From contig JADIIX010000192.1 in assembly GCA_027604505.1 (NCBI GenBank), forward strand, positions 1-32,692: 32,692 nt of DNA, written 5' to 3'. The notes beneath the pieces are model-generated. The model was not told where the DNA came from, ran no database searches, and saw only the letters and a program-made list of their open reading frames with translations. Below, in pieces: positions 22,300-31,141 of this stretch; positions within the stretch are counted from its first letter, which is position 1; each line of letters opens with the position of its first letter. The stretch is from Gonapodya sp. JEL0774. Lineage: Eukaryota. Position numbers and translations under genes: made by a program.

Positions 22300-25200
22300 T
22301 TTGTAGTCGATTTTAATTGTCCCTTGCACACCGAGCGGAGCCCGGGCACAATAGCAAACTCCAACAACCGAACACGTTGTTCGTGATGGTTCTCGGAATA
22401 TATGTAGGAATTCCTTTCCACAACAAATCGAAGGTTGATCTGGATATCCAACTCCCCAAGTAAAGGCCTGGCAGGCAGGAAGTCCGAAGAACAAGGAGCG
22501 ACAGGAATAAAATGAGATCACCACGCGAGGAGAGATGGGCAAGTCGGAACTTCCCGAGCCATGTTGTTGTTGAAAGTGATGTTCGGACGTGTGACGGGGT
22601 CATGCCTTCCTCTTGCTATTTGGATGCCCATGACACCCCAGGAAGTGCTTGGTGGGGCGGCTTACTCCAACAAAAGAATATGGCGGAAGAAGAACCAGAA
22701 CACCAAACAAAGGAGACTAGCAAGCACGAGTCACACCTGAGCCACGTTGTTCGTGAAGAGGTAGACGGCATGAAACGAGAATCCTTTTCAACCAAAACGT
22801 TTATGAAGTCCGTCGCACCTGAGCCGTGCGAGATCGGGCAGGTCTCCACAACTCCTACAAAAGAAGGCGGCAGGTGAAGAAAGAGAAAACCCCACCACGA
22901 AACGAGAGCAGCAGCGGCGCTCCTGGGCCTCGTTGTTCATGGATGATGGATGGAGTGACCCGGTATCCCACTCCACGAGCGCAGTTGTGGGCTCTTTGAA
23001 CGTCCGTTTCACCAGAGACCCGAGTGGCCTTCGAGCAGTTGGAACTCCGACAAAAGAAGACGCAGGGAGAATAAAGAGAAACCTGCACAACAAGACGGCA
23101 AGATAGACGTCTAAAGCTCCGCTGTTCGTGGAGGTGGCGGACGATGTGTACAGGTCTCTCCTTGACGTTGTCTTTAAATGTCTGTGACACCCGAAGAAAT
23201 GCTCGGGTGGGGGGTCACACTTCATCAAAAGAATACGACGAGCAATGGAAAAGAACCACGAGACCGGCAAGGAAACCTTCATGGCCACGGATCACAGAGG
23301 ACGGGCGTGGCTAGGGTATCGTCATAGATTTCCATTTGGGAGAGTCGGCGACACCCCGAGGTACGCTCGGGCAGGCAGGAGATGAGTAACAAGAAAATCC
23401 CACAACAAAAGAGAAGGGGAAGTGAGTGAGACTCTCCGAGCATGAGTCTGTGCGTGGAGATGGCGGGACGGTGTGATCAGGTTATCTGTCTTCCACTTTC
23501 CAGTCATGAGACCTGTCGTTTCGGATGTCTGGACTCTATGCCCGACTACAGCACGAACGGTTGGAACTCCTATAAGAGGAGAGGACGGGAGAAGACAACA
23601 AGTACGGCTGCTGGCGCCTCACGTTGGTGGTGGAGATGACGGGACTAGCGCGATGTGACAAGGAGTCACTCTTCACCAATCATGTCCAATTGGAAGTGTG
23701 TGGTGCCACGAGTGGAGCTCCGGGGAGGCAGGACCCCCGCAAGATTCGGATTTGACACAGAGGAAGAAAGAAAAATCTCCAGCAAACGAGGCCGGTAACG
23801 CTCAACGGAGACTCGCGAGTTTCTGTTGTGTGAGATGAGTGTGGACCGTGGCTGTGGAATGATTCCGGAATGGCACGTGACAGAGTCCCCTGATTCCCAA
23901 CCGTGAGCACACGATGTGCGATGTTCAATTCAAGTTGGAAACGCATTCCGAGTCCCGTGTGGAGAAGAGACGTCGAATTAGAATCCGATTTGTTTTGAAC
24001 GAAGGACAAGAGAAACATCCCGGGATGTGGGTGCGTGGGGTCAACAGCGGTTGGGGGACAAACCACTGCCAGCGGCCATGCCATCCGGATGATATGTGGA
24101 TGGCAACCATCCGGATGGCATGGAGAACGAACCGAGAGTCGAGAACATGTCACTCCCTATCTAATCCCAGGCGCGCACTATGAGGTCTACGCGAGGGAGC
24201 TGTAAAAGAGTGTCTTTTGCGAGTAATCTTCCAAACATTTACGCCCCAAGGCAACAGTCCAAAAGGACGCAGTATGCAGCGGGGGAAAAGTATTTGGTGC
24301 AGAGAAGGGTTTGATTGCGGGAGAGAGGCAGGATGGGCGGGATGGGGGAGCAAGAGGGAACGGGGGGATGGGTGGGGAGGGAAGGAGATGGGCGGAGGGA
24401 GAAGGGGGGATTGAAGAATAGAGAATTGATTGGATCCGAGTACAAGGAGCGAGCAAGGTGCGATAGCAGGAAGGAAGGGAACGAGTGGGGACTTCATGCA
24501 TACAGGGGAGTGAGGGCCTGGAATTGAAAGAACAAGAGAAAAAGGTGTGCCAAGTCCAGTGCTGTGGTCAAACCCGAAAGGACTTCAGAAGTCCGCAGCA
24601 TCGAAAGCACCGAAGGAGAACAAGCAAAACAAACGAGATCGGAAGCGAGGGATGCTCGAGAATAATGCCTTGCTGTGGATGAGGGACGATGCGACTGGAT
24701 ATCCAATTCCATGGCACCCGAACGGAGATCAACCGGGTTGGAAGTCCAAACGAAAACGACGGGGAAAGAGAAAGAAAAATCCACAAAAACTTCTGCAAGG
24801 GAGATTCGCGAGCGACAGTGCTCGCGGAATGGCGAAAGGCTGGACGGAGGTTGTTCATTTTGGAACTCAGTCGCAAAAGAGTGGAGCTCGGGCAGCAGCA
24901 GCTCACTAAAAGAATGCGCCGTGAGAAGCACGAAAACCTCGTGAGAGGCGAGACGGACAAGAGAGAGTCGCCAGCCAAGTGGCTTGTGGAATGGCGGAGG
25001 ATGGAATTGAATGTCATTTCCTCACTCCTGCGTATGGACGTCCGTTCCATTCGAGTAGACTCCGGGCAGGTTGGAACTCCGATAAAGTAGCCCTGCAGGA
25101 TAAAGACACGAAATCCATACAAGCGAGGCTAGCGGGTACCCGTGCGAATCACCTCGTATCGTGGATCCCAGGCGATGTGCAGACTGACAGGGTATGTCCT

Positions 25201-28200
25201 TCCATCCCGTCAAATGGTTTGTTTGGAGTTTTTAGCCCCGGTGGCAAACCCAAACCTCTTCACCACTCGTCTCATATCAACCTCGAGTCGCCAGGGACGC
25301 CCACTCAAACGACATGAGCTTTCAGCGAGACTGCAGAGGATGGAGAATATCCCACAACAGCTATGGAAGTGCTCGGGTGCCCAAATGCAAGTCGTTGATG
25401 CGCATCGGCTGGGCGTCACCTGTACCATGATTGGTTTCTCTATTTCGATTGGGGAGAACATTCGCTTCGGTGACCAAACCCAGTTTGTGAAGCCATGCAG
25501 ACTGCTTTCTGACGGGCCGTCTCCCTCCGTCCTTGAATTCAACAGAGGGAAACGACCGAAAGAAAGTCGCCCACACAAACGAGACCGGCAAGAGAGACTT
25601 GTGTGTCAACCATCATTCGTGGGGTGACGAGTCGTGACAAGGTGTCTCGTTCTACATACTCAACCGAATGACATTGTGTTTGAATGCCCGTTACCCGAGT
25701 ACGACTCGGGCAGGCAGGAACTCAAAATACAAAATTAAAACCATGCATTATTCCACTCTGGCAGGTGGTTTGTTTGGAGTTTGTGACCCCCGAGCGGACG
25801 TCGGGAGGTAAACTCCAACAACAAAAAATGGACAGAAGAAGAGAAAAGAAGCATACACAAGCGAGACCAGCAAGAGAGACTCGGGAGCCAACGTTTGTTC
25901 GTAGAATGACAAGACGGGGCAGGCATCCTCTTCCACACAACCGTTACGAAATCATAAAATTTATGTCCAACTAATCGATTAGAGCTCGGGCAGGCAGGAG
26001 CTCCAGGAAAGGAATACGGCATAGGGAAGAAAGAGAAACAAAACACAAATGAGACCAGCAAGACACACTCCTTCGCCACAATGTTTGTGGAATGGTCGAA
26101 GGTGTGGCCATTGCATCTGTTTCCGAGTGAACATCTTCAAAGACTTGGAAGCCCATGCTACCCGAGTAGAGTAGCCCGGGAAGGCAAACACTCCCCCCAA
26201 AAAAAGAAAGCCAGGACAGGAGAAGAAACAATAACACCTCACAAACGAGACATGAAAGGACCATTCTCTTGCGCCACCCTGTTGGCTGGGACGACTGAAA
26301 ACGTGCTGGATATCCCTTCTCACACGCCCTTCATAATCGAGGTCCAAGACTTTGGATGCCCATTGTACCCAAAGTGGGAGCTCAGGCACGCAGGGTACTC
26401 CAGAAAAGAATTACGACGCACTTAGTTGGGAAGAAGGAGAATAATCCCCCCACAAACGAGACCATACACAGGCATTCCAGGCCAACGTTGGTGGCGGTGG
26501 ATCGAGGACGACGTGACAGGGTATCCGTTTCCTCTCCAAAGCCCGTATAGGTATGCCTGCTATCGGCGCCCGTGCTACCAGATTGGACCTCGAGCAGGTG
26601 AGAGGTTTGTAAAACATGACCGGAGGAGAAGAACACTTTCCGACACCGACAAGACCGCGCAAGACGACAAACAAGCCCAGCGGGGGAGACACTGGGCCAA
26701 CGTTTGTTTGTGGAGTCACGAGGCGCGAAGGAGGAGTATCCCGTTCGACGCGAGATATTGCAACAGATTTTGGTTGTCCAGCTGGTCGAGTTGAGCTCTG
26801 GCAAGCAGAAACTCCAAGAAAAAAACAAATCCGATACGGGGAAGAAGGGTAAACCCCACGCAAACAAGACCAGCGAAGGAGACTCGAGAGCCAGGTTCGT
26901 TCTGGAGCGATAAAAACGCGGTAGGATGTCCCATTCCACAAAAACAGCGTCAAGAGTGGACTTTGGATGTCCCGCTACTCGAGTAGACCTCGGGCAAGCA
27001 GCAACTCCAACAAAAGGATACGACATAGCGTAGAAAGGGGAACACCACACAAACGAGAACGACAAAATCACGCTCCTTTGCCAGGTTGATTGTGGAATGG
27101 CGGACGGTGTGACGGAGTGTACATTTCGGAGCGAAGCTTTTTCTTTTTGGAAGACCGTGCCACAAGAGTAGTATCGTCTCATGGAGGCAGGGACTTCCCA
27201 AAACAAGAAAAGTAGGACGGGGGCAGAAAGAGAACACTGCGCGAACGGCCAGTGAGACAGGCAAGTGAGGAGATCCCTGAGTCACGGTCTTTGTGGGGAG
27301 TTCCGGACAGTGTGACACAATATTCCTTTTATTAAGTCAACCAGAGAGTTGAATGTCCAGCTCCCCAAACAGAATCTCCGGCAGCCAAATACTCCGAAAA
27401 AAGAAAGAAGGACGGGAGACAAAGAGAACACCCGACAAAGAGTTGAGCAAGAAACTTTCCTGTGCCACGAGGTTGGCCAAATGACGGAAAAAGTGTGATG
27501 TCCTCCTCCCACCATTCGTGTGGAAGTCAAGAGTTGGATGACCACTGCATCCAAAGTAGAGCTTGGGCACGCAGGGTACTCCAGAAAAGAATGACGATGC
27601 ATGTAGTTGCCAGTTGGGAAGAAAGAGAAGAGACCCCCACAAACAAGACCAGACACGTACACTCCAAGGCGAACGTTGGCGGTGAATAAGTCCAACGTCA
27701 CCGGGCATCCTGTTCCTCTCCAAAGCCCATAGGTATGCCTACATTTGACGCACATCCTACTAGAGTGGACCTCGGGCAGGTCACAGCTCGAAAACACAAC
27801 ACGATGGGAGCAAATCCAAACCCACACCAACGAGACTATCAATGGACACTGGAGAGGTCACGTCAGTTGTGGAAGACAGACGATGTGGCAAAGCATCCAA
27901 AGTATCTCCCTCCACAAATCCACGGACCTCGTCGTTTTGGCAGGTGTGTGTTCCCCCCGTGGTGGATCTCGCGGGGAAAGGCACACCCAAGCAACAGGAC
28001 CAGGCGTTGGTCGTTGGAGAAAATCAAGAGGGAAAATCAAGGAGACCCCACACGGACACTGCCAAGAGAGGGAGACTCTTCTAGCTGCGCTGTTCCGTGG
28101 AGAATGGAGATGGTCGAACGATGGGTCCTGCGAGCGCAGTGTCCCCTTCTGTCTTCCCATGCGGTTCCGGGCTTTTGCTTCGCAAGTCTGGTGCACCCCA

Positions 28201-30330
28201 AGTCCAATGGTGGACCTCGTTGGGGTCCAGGGAGCTTCCGGCAAAATGAAGTGGATAGGAGGAGAAGGAGAAAAGCCTCGTGACCACACGGAAGAGACGG
28301 GGACCAGCAAAGGCTGATCGCTGATCGGCGACCCACGTCAGTGGTGGAAAGTAGTAGGACGATATTTTATGTGACAGGGTATCCCATTTAGCAAATTTCT
28401 CGAAAATTTGAGCGTCCAAGTCACCCGACTCCCGAGTGGCATTTTGGGTTGGTAGGAGGTCCAGCAAAAAGAATATGACGAGCGAAGAAACTTGAAAGCA
28501 CACGAAAACGAGACCAACAACGGACGATCCTGGGCTGTGGCGATCGACGAAGCAACGCACATTTCCCAACACAGGATAGACAGGCATGACAGGCGACAGA
28601 GCAAAGGCATGGAGATGGCATGTTGTGACGGGTGGCAAAGAGACCGCTGCTGTCAGGAGCCAGAGCACACCGAAAAATCAAAAATCTTCAATCCCCATCT
28701 GATTGCATGACGTTTCCGACGCGATAGTTCAGGGACACACCTCTGGGTCCCCCTGAGTGGTTCCACGGCCCATGGGATGTCTTGAGATGCAGCAGATTCC
28801 GAAATCTGAATATTAGTAGACGTCCGGAGGGTGCAAGAACCAGAACCAGAACCAGAACCAGTGAGGGGGAACAAGAGGTGTAGTCACCGTCCCTAATCTC
28901 ATCCCAGGCCGCTCACACGTGGGGTCTACACGGAGGGCTGTGCGACTTGCGAGCACCCACACAATCCACAGAAATATCAAAATGAAGTTTGTTGGTCTGG
29001 CAACTGGACGAGATCTCGAGCAGGCCATAACTCCGACAAAAAAAAAAAACAAGAATATTATTGGAGTTGGGAACGACAAAAAGAAAGCACAAACGAAAAT
29101 GAGCGAGAGGCGCTTCCTCCTGTGCCACGTGATTGACAGCTGGCGTGTGTCATATGACCAGGGTGTCCAATTTCCGAGCCAAACGTCTTTGCATTTAGTT
29201 TTGCAAGACCGTGGCACCCGAAGTAGTATCTTCCTCGGGGGAGGAAGGGACTTGCCAAAACAAGAAAAGTATGACGGAGGACAGGGAGATAAAAGCACAT
29301 GCACACATGTTGACGTGCACGCGTGGCAGAGTTATGGAGATATCCCTATCAGCAGCGAACATGAGGACGTAAAGATTGTTCGGATGTCCGGACACCCGAG
29401 TATGGACAGGCACAAAGCTGGGTCCATCCAGGCGGCACAACTCCGACAAAAGGAGGATGAACCGGACGAGTGAGGAGACAGAGAGAGAGTACCCATGTAA
29501 ATGAGAGACCATGATCCGTGGGTCAGCAGAGGGGCGACTTGACTGGGCGAGTGGCGAGTCATGGTGGAAGTTGGAACTGGTTGGAGGAGATGGCGGGGCG
29601 GTCGGGCGGGTGTGACGGTGTGTCCCTTTTCCCGGTTCCACGTGTCACAAATTCAGCGTTTCAGAAGTCTCGGGGTCCCCGAGAGGACGCTTGGGGAGGA
29701 AGAAACTCCGGTGAAAAGAAAAGAGGATCGTGAGACGGGGGACAGGCGGAAGGAAAGCAAGACCGTACAACGGGCGAGGCGCAGGGCACACAGGCTGCAG
29801 GCATGTTGGTGGAGATGGCGTGAGGATGTGAGGATGGAGCAGGGTATGCCTTTTCCTCCTTCCAGACAAGATCAACATGGGCTTCCCGGATATCCTGGCT
29901 CCCGAGGAGACGGTGGGCGAGGACGGAACACCAAGCAAAATAAAGAGAGCGGGCAGAGGGGTGTAAAGGAAATTGGAACGAAGATGGACGAGGCCATGCA
30001 GGCAGGCAGGGGCGAGCCGAGGTGGACAAGAGGGAAAGCGAGGTGCCTCGGAGCGGCCAAAAATGAGTGGTGTGACAAGTGGCGGACAGCCAACAGCAGG
30101 CAGGATTCCAGTGGCACACCGAAAAAGCAGATACGCTGGATTCGGATTTTTCCGTTCGCATTCCCGATTCCGGATTCCATTTTCCGTGTTCCATTCCACC
30201 ATTCCGAGTTCGCGATGCGTTCCCGTGTCTTCAAGAGGACGACGTCGGAAGATGCAAAGCGGACCTCGGGATGAAGACCGACACAAACAAGAGCGGGCAG
30301 AGGGAGGAAGACAAGACTTGAGACGGGGGG
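22300..30330 (+). repeat. Degenerate tandem array of ~35-40 units (~170-215 bp), each with two hairpins and an A-rich linker; candidate structured ncRNA array
   Basis: Recurring motifs CCCGAG-N5-CTCGGGCAGG, ACTCCAACAAAAGAA (e.g. 22664, 22851, 23044), CACAAACGAGACC-like (25574, 25856, 26044, 26240, 26451, 26666, 26859, 27048, 27638, 27825, 29088, 30282), GTGGAATGGCGG and GTGACAGGGTATCC. Spacing is 188-215 bp in the best-preserved part. There is no sustained reading frame. Ends are approximate. Confidence 0.9.
28836..28861. repeat. (AGAACC)4 microsatellite within an interruption of the array
   Basis: agaaccagaaccagaaccagaaccag read directly. Confidence 0.8.
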
Positions 30331-30865
30331 GAGGCCAGGGCAGGTATGCATGTTTCGAGGGGGGATAAGGGTACGAAAAGGGGAACAACATTTCGTTGGG
30401 AAGGGAAGGGCCTGGAAGTGCTGTGTGTTGCTTCACTTATGGTGTGAGGAGTGGTGGACAGACAAGTGCTAGTAGCCTAGACTGCCTGGTAGCCAGAGCA
30501 CACCGAAAACACGAGTTTGAATAATATCTGGGCCCCGGGGTGGATTCCATTCCCAATTCCATAATTGCATTTGGAATCCGAGTTGACAGAGCATGAGAGT
30601 TGTCAAGGGACAAGAGAAAAGGCAAGGGAGACTGGAATGCGAGGGGGTGGGGTGTGACGTGACGGACTGCAACAAAAGAATAGCACAAGCAGAGGATTTG
30701 AATACTTGGAGAGAGGAGGAAGAGAGAGTGGCAGAGTGGGCGGTGGGTGGGTGGGTGGGTGGAGAGGAGGGACATGGGCAGAGAGAGAAGTGGGGAGAGT
30801 GCTTTGGTCGCTGTGGCCACTCGGCACACAACAAAAAAGGCCATGTCGCTTGCTGCGCCACCCAA

Positions 30866-30873
30866 GTCACGTG
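30866..30873. promoter_or_regulatory. GTCACGTG E-box (Cbf1/bHLH-type RTCACRTG) upstream of MOT1
   Basis: Exact motif ~270 bp upstream of the MOT1 ATG, at the switch between a G/A-rich and a C/T-rich tract. A single 8-mer could be chance. Confidence 0.35.
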
Positions 30874-31141
30874 GTTAGTGGGCTCCCTGGTGGGGTGCTT
30901 CATAAAGGCCCGCGCTGACCCGCTCGCTGCTGCTCATCGCGCCTCTGTGCCACACTTGGTGATCCCACACATACTCGTCATCTCTCCTCCCGCCCTTTTT
31001 TTCTTCTCCTTTTTTATTTCTCTCCACTCCCTCCCTCCCCTCCTTTTTTTTTAATTCTTTTTCAATTCCCTCCTGAGTTTGAGTTCCCCCTTTTAATCCC
31101 CCCCGGGTACCACACACACTCACACACCCGCCCCCCCTCCC

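Noticed and set aside
22300..30330. Array as a decayed repeat-protein gene (recurring peptides RVELGQAGTP, DDVTGYP, HKRD in the ORF track)
   Set aside because: The motifs hop between frames, unit lengths are not multiples of three, and stops are frequent. Conservation follows base-pairing rather than codons.
22300..30330. Array as CRISPR, hammerhead retrozyme, tRNA/5S or C/D snoRNA cluster
   Set aside because: Eukaryotic context with no cas genes and no identical short repeats. No recurring CTGANGA/GAAA core, Pol III A/B boxes or C/D boxes seen. An H/ACA reading (two hairpins, ACA after hairpin A) was considered, but I could not see a consistent H box or pseudouridylation pockets; it needs snoReport/snoGPS.
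29561..30436. Overlapping 237-aa (+) and 263-aa (-) ORFs at the end of the array
   Set aside because: GC-rich degenerate array sequence with few stops; no domain or splice support.
30866..30873. GTCACGTG as CDEI of a point centromere
   Set aside because: No adjacent AT-rich CDEII or CDEIII, and point centromeres are restricted to Saccharomycetaceae. Kept only as a possible promoter E-box.
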